Shown: one piece after another, positions 38,399 through 45,874 of the stretch
How the letters are laid out: every line of letters begins with the position of its first letter
Numbering within the stretch: position 1 is the stretch's first letter
Assembly (NCBI GenBank): GCA_045533625.1
Contig: JAZSID010000145.1
Span: forward strand, 1,166-65,165
DNA length: 64,000 bases
From: Acutalibacteraceae bacterium
GTDB taxonomy: Bacteria > Bacillota > Clostridia > Oscillospirales > Acutalibacteraceae
Direction of reading: 5' to 3'
Notes under the pieces: generated by a model
Database searches by the model: none
What the model saw: the letters and a program-made list of their open reading frames with translations, nothing else
Told to the model about the DNA's origin: nothing
Made by a program: the position numbers and the translations under genes

Positions 38399-39686
38399 TG
38401 ACAGGTATTAAAATCACTATTTTGAACTCGTTGTTTTCAAACATCCACTCAAATTCACCGTTGTAATTCTTCAATGCTTTGGCGACACTTCGCATTCCGT
38501 AACCGTGGGATTTCTTGTTTTCCTTGGTTGTAATCAATGTATCCTTATCTGCAATCAGCTCACTTGAACAACTGTTTTTCAGAATAATCTTGTGGAACTT
38601 GTTGTCACAATCCAGTGTAAGCTCGATGTACGGTTCTGTTTCCTTTTCGGCTCTCTCGATTGCATTCCGTAAAATGTTATCGAGAATTGCCGATAAATCA
38701 TAATCGCTGATAAACGAAAGGTTTTCGTTAGGCGCAACTGTGATAAAACGGATGTTTTTATCTTTGCACAGCAGAGCGTACTTATTGATTATGACATCAA
38801 GCACACGGTTCTTTGTTTTAGCTTTGATTGATACTTCATTCGATTTATCGTATATGTCCTGAATGTACTGCTTGACATTTTCTTCCGTAGTCAGATTGCT
38901 TATGTTGATAAGATTGTTACGGATGTCGTGAATAAAGATTCTTGTCTCCTCGTCTTTCTTTTCGAGAATATCAAGGTATTCAAAGTTGATTGCCTGCTTC
39001 TGCTCGACCATTTCCATATCGTGCAGTTTCTTCTGATTGTCAATCGTTCTTTCGTGAACAAAGAACACGACAACTATTGCAATAAACATTAATATCTCGC
39101 TTAAAATAAACAGGAGATTTGTTGTTGCATTTGATTCATAATAAATATTCTGATAGCGGAAAACAACCGTTATGAAGAAGGTCATTGCAGGCAGTATTGT
39201 AAGAACAATTGAAGACATTAGTCCTTCTTTGTTTTTGGCTTTCTTTGAAAACGACGATATTATCGCCAACAAAGCAAAGTAAATGAACTTTGAAGCAAAC
39301 GCTTCTTCGACGAGCAGTATTGTGTCATTTTCATATTGATTGACAGGCACATTCAAAAAAGACGATGTGAGGAAGAATACAAAAAATTCTGCAAGATTCA
39401 TTATCGCTACACAAAGCAAGGAATGAAATACCGATAGCTTCCAATCACATTCGTAAGCGGTATAAAAGAGAATGATATAAAGAATCACCGTTGCGGGAAT
39501 ATTGATATACGGCTTAGAAAAAAGAATCATCAACAACCACAATATTACATTGAGGACAAAACAAATTGCAAAAGATATTTTAGCATTTTTTCTGTAATTA
39601 AAAATCCGATTGCCGTACCAGAAAATAATATATGTTCCTAAAATGTAGACCAGGAACATAATTACGGTAAATATAGATTTGCTCAC
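38379..39686 (-). CDS. AgrC/ComD-like (HPK10) sensor histidine kinase, paralogue 1
   Basis: 435 aa. 6-7 TM helices, H-box IFIHDIRNNL, and a GHKL ATPase (LDNILRNAIERA, GYGMRSV). Confidence 0.8.
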   Translation of the reverse strand: MSKSIFTVIMFLVYILGTYIIFWYGNRIFNYRKNAKISFAICFVLNVILWLLMILFSKPYINIPATVILYIILFYTAYECDWKLSVFHSLLCVAIMNLAEFFVFFLTSSFLNVPVNQYENDTILLVEEAFASKFIYFALLAIISSFSKKAKNKEGLMSSIVLTILPAMTFFITVVFRYQNIYYESNATTNLLFILSEILMFIAIVVVFFVHERTIDNQKKLHDMEMVEQKQAINFEYLDILEKKDEETRIFIHDIRNNLINISNLTTEENVKQYIQDIYDKSNEVSIKAKTKNRVLDVIINKYALLCKDKNIRFITVAPNENLSFISDYDLSAILDNILRNAIERAEKETEPYIELTLDCDNKFHKIILKNSCSSELIADKDTLITTKENKKSHGYGMRSVAKALKNYNGEFEWMFENNEFKIVILIPVKTSNLS

Positions 39687-39713
39687 TTGCTTTCCTCCTT
39701 TTTAATCAGAAAT

Positions 39714-41012
39714 TTAACTGCTTTGTACAGGGATTAAGATAACGATTTTGAACTCGTTGTTTTCAAACATCCACTCGAATTCACCGCTGTAGTTCTTCAA
39801 TGCTTTGGCGACACTTCGCATTCCGTATCCGTGGAATTTCTTGTTTTCTTTGGTTGTAATTAAGGTATCATTATCCGCAATCGGTTCACTTGAACAACTG
39901 TTTTTCAGAATAATCTTGTGGAACTTGTTATCACAATCCAAAGTAAGCTCGATGTACGGTTCTGTTTCATTTTCGGCTCTCTCGATTGCATTTCTTAAAA
40001 TGTTATCAAGAATGGCTGATAAATCATAATCGCTGATAAACGATAGGTTTTCGTTAGGTGCAACTGTTGTGAAACGGATATTTTTATCTTTGCACAGCAG
40101 AGCATACTTATTGATTATGACATCAAGCACACGGTTCTTTGTCTTAGCCTTGATTGACACTTCGTTCGATTTATCGTATATGTCCTGAATGTACTGCTTG
40201 ACATTTTCTTCCGTAGTCAGATTGCTTATGTTGATAAGATTGTTACGGATGTCGTGAATAAAAATCCTTGTTTCTTCGTCTTTCTTTTCGAGAATATCAA
40301 GGTATTCAAGATTGATTGCCTGCTTCTGCTCGACCATTTCCATATCGTGCAGTTTCTTCTGATTTGTGATGTCTCTTTCGTGAACACTGAACACGACGAT
40401 ATTCGCAATAAACATCAGAACTTCAGCAACCACACACAATGAGGTTGACAAGATACTCGATTCAAAATACTGACTTTGCACTCTCAGAACAACGGTTATA
40501 AAAAAGGTCGTTGCCGGAAGTATCGTTAAATATATTGATGTTTTTGTACCGTCTTTTTTCATTCGCTTTTTGGCGAAAGAAGATATTATAGTCAAAAGAA
40601 TGAAATATAAAAACTTCGATGCAAAAGCTTCTTCAATCATAATAACAATATCATTTTTGAAATGAGTTACCTCTAAATCGAGAATATATGAAACAATAAA
40701 GATTATCATATATTCTGCAATCCACATCAAAGCTACAAGCAACAATGAATGAAAAAGTGCAAGTTTTTTGTCGCATCTAAAGGCAGAATAAAGAACCAGT
40801 CCGAACAGAATTATTGTTGCAACGATATTGACAACTTCGTTAAAGAAAAGATTCAGAAGCAGCCACAAAATAATATTAGCTGCCAGGCAGATTGTTACCG
40901 TTGTTTTGAAGTTCTTCCTGTAATCAAAAAGTCGGTATCCGTACCAGAACAGCAGATAGGTGTTTAACAGATAAATCAAGAAAGTTAAGGCATATACAGT
41001 AAGACCGGACAT
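39714..41012 (-). CDS. AgrC/ComD-like (HPK10) sensor histidine kinase, paralogue 2
   Basis: Start placed at MSGLTVYALTF (ATG 41010-41012), one nt after the regulator stop. Same architecture as paralogue 1; the ORF-track 5' extension would overlap the regulator. Confidence 0.8.
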   Translation of the reverse strand: MSGLTVYALTFLIYLLNTYLLFWYGYRLFDYRKNFKTTVTICLAANIILWLLLNLFFNEVVNIVATIILFGLVLYSAFRCDKKLALFHSLLLVALMWIAEYMIIFIVSYILDLEVTHFKNDIVIMIEEAFASKFLYFILLTIISSFAKKRMKKDGTKTSIYLTILPATTFFITVVLRVQSQYFESSILSTSLCVVAEVLMFIANIVVFSVHERDITNQKKLHDMEMVEQKQAINLEYLDILEKKDEETRIFIHDIRNNLINISNLTTEENVKQYIQDIYDKSNEVSIKAKTKNRVLDVIINKYALLCKDKNIRFTTVAPNENLSFISDYDLSAILDNILRNAIERAENETEPYIELTLDCDNKFHKIILKNSCSSEPIADNDTLITTKENKKFHGYGMRSVAKALKNYSGEFEWMFENNEFKIVILIPVQSS

Positions 41013-41013
41013 T

Positions 41014-41721
41014 TCACACCCCTCTTTCTGCAAATGAAAACATTTTCTTGCGGAATTCTGACTGTTTGCTCGGTGCAATTGAAATAATATACTTTTGGTC
41101 TTCGTGAGCCAATGTAAGCGATGAACGGTTAAAGCTCTCGACAAAATTGAAATTTATTATATAGCTTGCGTGCGGTGAGCAAAAATTCAATTCATCCAGC
41201 TTGCCTTTCCAATATGCAAGAGTTTCATTGGATATATACTGGCCTTTTGTTGTTACGATTTTAGATTTTCTTTTGTATGTTTCGCAGAAGATTATTGACT
41301 GAGTTGAAACCATTACGGAGTCATTGTTCGGGCAGATGATTTTGATATCCCTGCCTGAAATTGAAAGCAATGCCGCATCCAATGAACGGTACAATCGGGT
41401 AACGTCCAACGGCTTCTGCAGAAATCTGTAAGCACCGAGCTCGAAAGCATCGTCAAGATATTCAGAGTATGCTGTAATCATAAAGATTATAATATTGCTG
41501 AATTTTTGCTTGAGCTTTTTACCGACTTCAACACCGCTGACTGACGGCATTTCAACATCAAGAAAAGCCATGTCGAAGATGACATCGCTGCGAAGCAAAT
41601 CTTCACCGTTTTCAAAACTGAAAATCTCTGCGTCTATGGACTTTATTCCGAAATAATAGTTCAAAGCCTTTTCGACTTCTTCTGTTACTCTTGATTCATC
41701 ATCACAAATTGCAATTTTCAT
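41014..41721 (-). CDS. LytTR-family response regulator (AgrA-like)
   Basis: Start at MKIAICDDE (ATG 41719-41721, AGGAGTA RBS). Receiver domain (FLDVEMP) plus a C-terminal LytTR DNA-binding domain (CSPHASYIINFNFV). Confidence 0.88.
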   Translation of the reverse strand: MKIAICDDESRVTEEVEKALNYYFGIKSIDAEIFSFENGEDLLRSDVIFDMAFLDVEMPSVSGVEVGKKLKQKFSNIIIFMITAYSEYLDDAFELGAYRFLQKPLDVTRLYRSLDAALLSISGRDIKIICPNNDSVMVSTQSIIFCETYKRKSKIVTTKGQYISNETLAYWKGKLDELNFCSPHASYIINFNFVESFNRSSLTLAHEDQKYIISIAPSKQSEFRKKMFSFAERGV

Positions 41722-41761
41722 TATTCTTACTCCTTGCATATGAATACAATTATACATTTTT

Positions 41762-41790
41762 ATTATTACAAAAGGAGTATAACTTGTCAA
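41762..41790 (-). promoter_or_regulatory. sigma-A type promoter of the regulator-kinase operon
   Basis: Minus strand TTGACA (41785-41790), 17 nt, AATAAT (41762-41767). A TGTATAAT element lies further downstream. Confidence 0.55.
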
Positions 41791-41793
41791 TGG

Positions 41794-41835
41794 AAATGCA
41801 AAACTATCGAAAAAAGCGACAAAATTATTAATAAA
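41794..41835 (-). promoter_or_regulatory. box B: candidate LytTR-regulator binding site (autoregulation)
   Basis: Minus strand AATTTTGTCGCTTTTTTCGATAGTTTTGCAT, 5 nt upstream of the -35. TTTTGTC and TTTTGCA repeats are 21 bp apart. Conserved with box A. Confidence 0.4.
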
Positions 41836-41851
41836 ATGAACTTAACACTTC

Positions 41852-41897
41852 ATCCCTTGGCATCGCAATAAACGATACCGAGGGATTTTTATTTTTT
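41852..41897 (+). terminator. plus-strand intrinsic terminator
   Basis: Stem ATCCCTTGGCATCG/CGATACCGAGGGAT (one GU pair that is only valid on the + strand, one mismatch), followed by TTTTTATTTTTT. Confidence 0.55.
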
Positions 41898-41929
41898 ATT
41901 AAATTCCTTTTTGTCTAACATATTATAAC

Positions 41930-42415
41930 TGAAGACACAGGCTATAGGAATTTCTCACACAAGGACAGATTCTTGTTGCTTGTGGGTGGAGGAGCGATAC
42001 GGATATGCATTAAGTATTGTTCGTCCGCTGAGGTGCCGTGAGATGCGAATTGTTTTAAAATTCGCAGGCAGGCATCTCCTTCCAAACCAAAACGATATTT
42101 TAAAACCGTTTACAGTTTTGGTTTGAGGACAGAGTTGAAAAAAACTATTTTAAAATTTCAACTCTGTCCCGGAACGGTTGCTTTTTGAAAGAAAAGAACC
42201 GGTCCATGCTAACGGTTATTCAGTTATTTAACGGAATAACCAGTTAGCAGGACGAAGAAGTGATTTTTACTTCGGTGTAACGGGTTTGCATCGACCCTTA
42301 CGGATGAATTTTAAAATAAAATTCGTCGCTTCAATCGAAGCCCTTGAACAGTTTAACTCCGAAAGGTGGACGGTTTGAAAGTCCGTGCAGTGCGAAACTT
42401 TCACAATTTACACAA
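41930..42415 (+). ncRNA. candidate large structured RNA (unclassified); strand tentative
   Basis: No ORF of 60 aa or more in any frame across 41791-42384. Consecutive stem-loops at 42040-42078, 42083-42125, 42127-42169, 42171-42205, 42208-42248, 42253-42274, 42303-42327, 42328-42341 and 42365-42386. TTTTAAAA occurs at or near four apices. The GU pairs fit the + strand. See findings. Confidence 0.35.
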
Positions 42416-42422
42416 AAATAAA

Positions 42423-42452
42423 ACCATCCGAGTTTTTGAATTCTCGGATGGT
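42423..42452 (-). terminator. intrinsic terminator of the toxin/immunity-like operon (usable in both directions)
   Basis: Stem ACCATCCGAG/CTCGGATGGT followed by TTTATTTTTGTG on the minus strand, 8 nt after the last ORF. Confidence 0.65.
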
Positions 42453-42459
42453 AGTAGTT

Positions 42460-42723
42460 TCAGTTGTTTTTATCGTCAGCGACCGTGAAGTTAAACATTT
42501 CTTTGAAATCGTTATAGCATTCTTCACAAACCCAATATTTTTTGTCAAGGGTACAATAACCTTGCTGCAGGTCTTCTTCGTTCTCGCTGAATTTATCCCA
42601 ACAGAATGCACAGTGATCGTGATCCCATTTGTCTGACGGCTTAGTATATTCTGTCTTTTTAAGTTTGGCGTTCAACAAAAACTCTTTCTGATTCAAGAGT
42701 CTCCAATCGGTTCCCTCAATCAT
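42460..42723 (-). CDS. small zinc-ribbon protein (immunity-like)
   Basis: 87 aa. HDHCAFC...CEEC gives four Cys ligands; RBS AAAAGGTG. Confidence 0.55.
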   Translation of the reverse strand: MIEGTDWRLLNQKEFLLNAKLKKTEYTKPSDKWDHDHCAFCWDKFSENEEDLQQGYCTLDKKYWVCEECYNDFKEMFNFTVADDKNN

Positions 42724-42770
42724 GGTAAAGCACCTTTTTCCTTTTGTGTTTTAAATAATATTATTATATA

Positions 42771-43052
42771 TTAAAGATTTCTGTGCCATACAACAACTTG
42801 CGTTATAAAATCTCTTAACGGTTGACCTTGAATTGTATAATCCAAGAGTTCATCTATGGTCTCGAAGTGTTTGCCTTGCTCATCTTTATAGGCTTGACAT
42901 ATAAAGAAAGATTCTCTCCCTTCGCCTTCGTGGAACACACCATAATCCGTGCCATTCCAATTGAATTCAATTTCTCTTCCATTGGTTAAGCTGAATTTAA
43001 AGTCGTCAATAGACTCAAAAGGACTGAAATCTATGATGTTTTCGTTGTGCAT
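42771..43052 (-). CDS. small acidic protein (immunity-like)
   Basis: 93 aa; RBS GGGAGG; no family recognised. Confidence 0.55.
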   Translation of the reverse strand: MHNENIIDFSPFESIDDFKFSLTNGREIEFNWNGTDYGVFHEGEGRESFFICQAYKDEQGKHFETIDELLDYTIQGQPLRDFITQVVVWHRNL

Positions 43053-43102
43053 TAGAGTACCTCCCGGTTGTCCCGATAAAACTCCCTCTTGCAGAAAAAA
43101 TA

Positions 43103-43441
43103 CTAATTAACAACGAATTCTTCTTCGAATTTTTTATAATCAATATATTCTTCAGCATCTGAGAGATTAAATCCAAATTCATTTTTATAAAATTTCAAAA
43201 ACTGTTTTGCAGCTAAAAATGCCGTTTGTATATTTTCTGTTGATGTATTTTTATAACAATCATTCAAGCAATCGCAGAAATCTTCAAAAGCAGCAGGATC
43301 AGCAGAATCACTTCCGTCAAACAGTTCGAAATCCATGCTTCCTAACAAGATCCCAACGGAATCATTTTTTGTTTCATTGTAAAAACTTTCTAAAAGAGAA
43401 AACAAAGTTTTGTAAGATTGCTTTTGATATTGTCTATTCAT
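43103..43441 (-). CDS. small acidic protein, translationally coupled to the upstream toxin-like gene (immunity candidate)
   Basis: 112 aa. Its ATG overlaps the stop of the 333-aa ORF (ATGA) and AAAGGAG lies inside that ORF's end. Acidic motif DSADPAAFEDFCDCL is reminiscent of barstar-like inhibitors (weak). Confidence 0.55.
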   Translation of the reverse strand: MNRQYQKQSYKTLFSLLESFYNETKNDSVGILLGSMDFELFDGSDSADPAAFEDFCDCLNDCYKNTSTENIQTAFLAAKQFLKFYKNEFGFNLSDAEEYIDYKKFEEEFVVN

Positions 43442-44439
43442 ATAATAAATACTCCTTTCGGTTTACTGTAACCAGTTCCATTATTCCAATTAAGTGGAGG
43501 GTTGTTGATGCCACCATTTTGTATAGTGTCGCCTCTTACTTGAACCCAAACCTGTCCTTTTTCAGGAACTTCCTTTGAATACCAATCATTTCCATGACTA
43601 TCTGATCCCACATAATTTCGTCTGTCGTTTGCAACATCCTCCAATAGTGTGCGATTCTCTTTTGTATCCTTCATATGTCCCTTTTTATTTCTGAATATAT
43701 GTTTTGTCTGAGATTCATTTTGGGGTAAGGATACTTTTTTCTGTCCGCCTGCACTACCCATACCTTTTTCATTATACGATAAAACATAACCTGTTACTTT
43801 TTTGATATAACCTTTCTTTCGGTCGTCTTCCTTTGTATAGTTATTGGTTTGTGCATAATCAATCGTTATGATTTTCCCTTGCATTTCCACGAAGGGTTCA
43901 CCGTAGCAAATTACTGCTTGTGGTTTGACTTTTCGTATAAGTTCGTTATATCCCTGCAAAAACAAGGCTTTTTCTTTTCTTACACCTAAAGTTGAAACAG
44001 CAACCGTACTGCCTTTCTCTATTCCGTCAAAGCAAAACCAAAATGTGTTAGGTTCTCCCCATGCAACAGTCGGAATAACTTTAATCCCTTTAGATTGTAA
44101 ATATGCACCGCACCAACGACTTCTGAATGTATTGTATACCTTTAACGAAAGCGGCATTTCAGTGTAAATACTGTAATTGGGTGCAAGAACAGCTTTATAC
44201 TTTTTTAATCTTTCTATTCTTGGTTCAGGGTCATTCCACATAACTTCAAACTTGTAGTCATCTAAAAAGAAATGAACGATTTTATCAGTTTCATTTTCAC
44301 TGAGTTTATCATATCCGATTAGCTCTACATTTTCAAGTTTTATTTCTTCCTTTTCGATTTTTGGAATCTCAAAAACCCCATCACCTTTGAATTGATTTCT
44401 CAGAAACATAGGATTTGTTCTGAATTCTTCACTTTTCAT
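43438..44439 (-). CDS. DUF4417-like N-terminal domain fused to a toxin-like C-terminal domain
   Basis: 333 aa. Residues ~40-215 carry HFFLDDYKFEVMW...APNYSIY...N..RSRWCGAYLQSKGIKVIPTVAW, which I recognise as DUF4417. The C-terminal ~110 aa (KHIFRNKKGH...GNDWYSKEVPEKGQVWVQVRGDTIQNGGINNPP) resembles polymorphic-toxin nuclease tips; that family is not identified. Confidence 0.55.
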   Translation of the reverse strand: MKSEEFRTNPMFLRNQFKGDGVFEIPKIEKEEIKLENVELIGYDKLSENETDKIVHFFLDDYKFEVMWNDPEPRIERLKKYKAVLAPNYSIYTEMPLSLKVYNTFRSRWCGAYLQSKGIKVIPTVAWGEPNTFWFCFDGIEKGSTVAVSTLGVRKEKALFLQGYNELIRKVKPQAVICYGEPFVEMQGKIITIDYAQTNNYTKEDDRKKGYIKKVTGYVLSYNEKGMGSAGGQKKVSLPQNESQTKHIFRNKKGHMKDTKENRTLLEDVANDRRNYVGSDSHGNDWYSKEVPEKGQVWVQVRGDTIQNGGINNPPLNWNNGTGYSKPKGVFII

Positions 44440-44457
44440 TTATTTCCTCCTATATAT

Positions 44458-44495
44458 ATAAATGCAGAGAGAACAAATGTTCTCTCTGCATTTAT
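44458..44495. repeat. 38-bp perfect palindrome in a divergent promoter region
   Basis: ATAAATGCAGAGAGAACA-AA-TGTTCTCTCTGCATTTAT: 18-bp arms around a central AA. It lies between the 5' ends of the genes at 44439 (-) and 44634 (+). Confidence 0.8.
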
Positions 44496-44633
44496 ATTGT
44501 AGACAATATTTTAAAACTTGTCAATATATTTTTAGCTATATGTTGCTTTTGTAAACAGAAATTATTTTTCATCTAACATATTATTATCGAACGATTAAAT
44601 CCGTTACAACAAAAAACAAGGAGGTGAAAACCA

Positions 44634-45587
44634 ATGAAAAAGAAAAAATACCATAAGAAAAGTATTTCTCGCAAATTACGGGATGAATCTAACATATTCT
44701 TTTCGAGATATGAAAACAATGTAACCCGTTCGTCATTCATCAGAAACTATGCGAAGTTTATTGAGTATTGCAGAAAAGAACATAACTGCAAGACAAAAGA
44801 AGAGTGTAAAGAACAGATATTTAAATATATAGATTATCTGAAAGAAAAGGGATACACAGCAAGTACAATTCATACATACCTCGCACCCGTGGGATTGTAT
44901 CACGGAATATCACTCGCAGAAATGAATCTGCCGAAAAGACACAACGCAGATAACATCCGTTCAAGAAAGAAAAAGAAATACAGAGCTTCTGCTGATACTA
45001 AAAATCCGTTGTACTCCCGAACAGTTGAATTTCAAAAATGTGTAGGTATCAGAAGAAACGAATTGAAGAATCTCAGAAATAATGATTTCGGATATGACGA
45101 AAGCGGCTACCCTTGCGTCATCGTCAGCAAAGGTAAGGGCGGCAAAGAAACATACCAAAGGTTGCTTCCGAGTGACGAGGACTTTGTAAAATCTTTTTTT
45201 GATGGTTCGTCTAACATATTATTCTCAGCAGATGAGATGAATAATGACATCGACTACCATCACATCAGGGCCGAGCAAGCCGTCAGGTCGTATTACTATT
45301 ACACAGACAGATTAAAAAACGAACCTGAATACAGAGCACAGCTCGAACAAGAAATTGAAAAACGATGGAAGTTAAAAAACATCGACAAGAAAACAAAGAA
45401 ACCAAAACCGTTTGATAAGAAAGAAATCCGCGGACAATATCACATCCGAGGTAAGAATAAAGAGCTCGCCAAGAAGAAAGGTTTGCCGTTGGTCTATGAT
45501 AAATTGGCTTTGATGGCCGTTTCAATTTTTCATCTTTCGCATTGGCGCGTCGATGTGACTGTTTTAAATTATCTGTTAGCAATTTAA
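44634..45587 (+). CDS. tyrosine-recombinase-like protein (atypical)
   Basis: 317 aa. SAM-like N-domain (YIDYLKEKGYTASTIHTYL). Candidate catalytic residues are GIRRNEL (R), KGKGGK (K), YHHIRAE (HxxR) and LSHWRVDVTVLNYL (H, Y), but with a ~70-aa basic insertion between HxxR and the H/Y region. Confidence 0.5.
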   Translation: MKKKKYHKKSISRKLRDESNIFFSRYENNVTRSSFIRNYAKFIEYCRKEHNCKTKEECKEQIFKYIDYLKEKGYTASTIHTYLAPVGLYHGISLAEMNLPKRHNADNIRSRKKKKYRASADTKNPLYSRTVEFQKCVGIRRNELKNLRNNDFGYDESGYPCVIVSKGKGGKETYQRLLPSDEDFVKSFFDGSSNILFSADEMNNDIDYHHIRAEQAVRSYYYYTDRLKNEPEYRAQLEQEIEKRWKLKNIDKKTKKPKPFDKKEIRGQYHIRGKNKELAKKKGLPLVYDKLALMAVSIFHLSHWRVDVTVLNYLLAI

Positions 45588-45617
45588 AAATAAAAACCAA
45601 CGAAAGGAGGTGTTTGA

Positions 45618-45773
45618 ATGTCAAAGAACCCAACTAATAGAAAGGTTGGGGAGGTGTTGAATATTGAAATAAAGAAAGGAACGGAAAATATTCCGAAAGC
45701 AGTATATTCAGAATTAGCAAGATGCTTTTTCTCTGAAATAACAGAATTTTATAATAACAAAAAGAAGGTATGA
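45618..45773 (+). CDS. small ORF (51 aa) between the two recombinase genes
   Basis: AAGGAGG RBS 7 nt before the ATG. MSKNPTNRKVGEVLNIEIKKGTENIPKAVYSELARCFFSEITEFYNNKKKV. Could be a directionality factor (speculative). Confidence 0.35.
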   Translation: MSKNPTNRKVGEVLNIEIKKGTENIPKAVYSELARCFFSEITEFYNNKKKV

Positions 45774-45874
45774 TAATATGTTTAAATTTTTCAAAAAACC
45801 TCAAAAAGTAAAGCTTATGGCCTTTACAAAAGCGCTTTTGCGCGCTATATTAAAAACCCCAAGGAGGAATGAAA

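Noticed and set aside
41013-41144. The longer kinase-2 ORF starting at 41144.
   Set aside because: It overlaps the response-regulator coding region. Paralogue 1 and the TM topology support the MSGLTVY start at 41012.
31443-41790. A search for agrB/agrD-like genes next to the AgrC/AgrA-like system. The 199-aa 4-TM protein at 32367-32966 was considered as an AgrB analogue.
   Set aside because: Its topology and soluble C-terminal domain do not resemble AgrB. No ~45-aa AgrD-like ORF with an amphipathic leader and a Cys-containing core was seen.
41790-41831. A 13-codon + strand ORF (MEMQNYRKKRQNY) lies in box B and is partially mirrored in box A (..IQNYRKKRQKY*), with mostly synonymous differences. 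It could be an autoinducer-like peptide.
   Set aside because: Box A has no start codon or RBS. The peptide is highly basic, with no Cys/Ser for cyclisation and no leader. The conserved DNA is better explained by 21-bp-spaced direct repeats next to the -35 elements on the minus strand. It is kept only as an alternative to test.
42040-42341. The regular ~45-nt spacing of hairpins might suggest a CRISPR array or a type III antitoxin repeat array.
   Set aside because: The stems all have different sequences, so there is no repeated unit. No cas gene or ToxN-like gene follows on the + strand.
42377-42386. GAAAGTCCG inside the hairpin-rich region resembles the conserved RNase P RNA motif GGAAAGUCC.
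   Set aside because: In RNase P RNA this motif lies near the 5' end and comes with other universally conserved blocks, which I could not find. Here it sits at the 3' end of the region. The size and context also do not fit tmRNA, SRP or 6S RNA.
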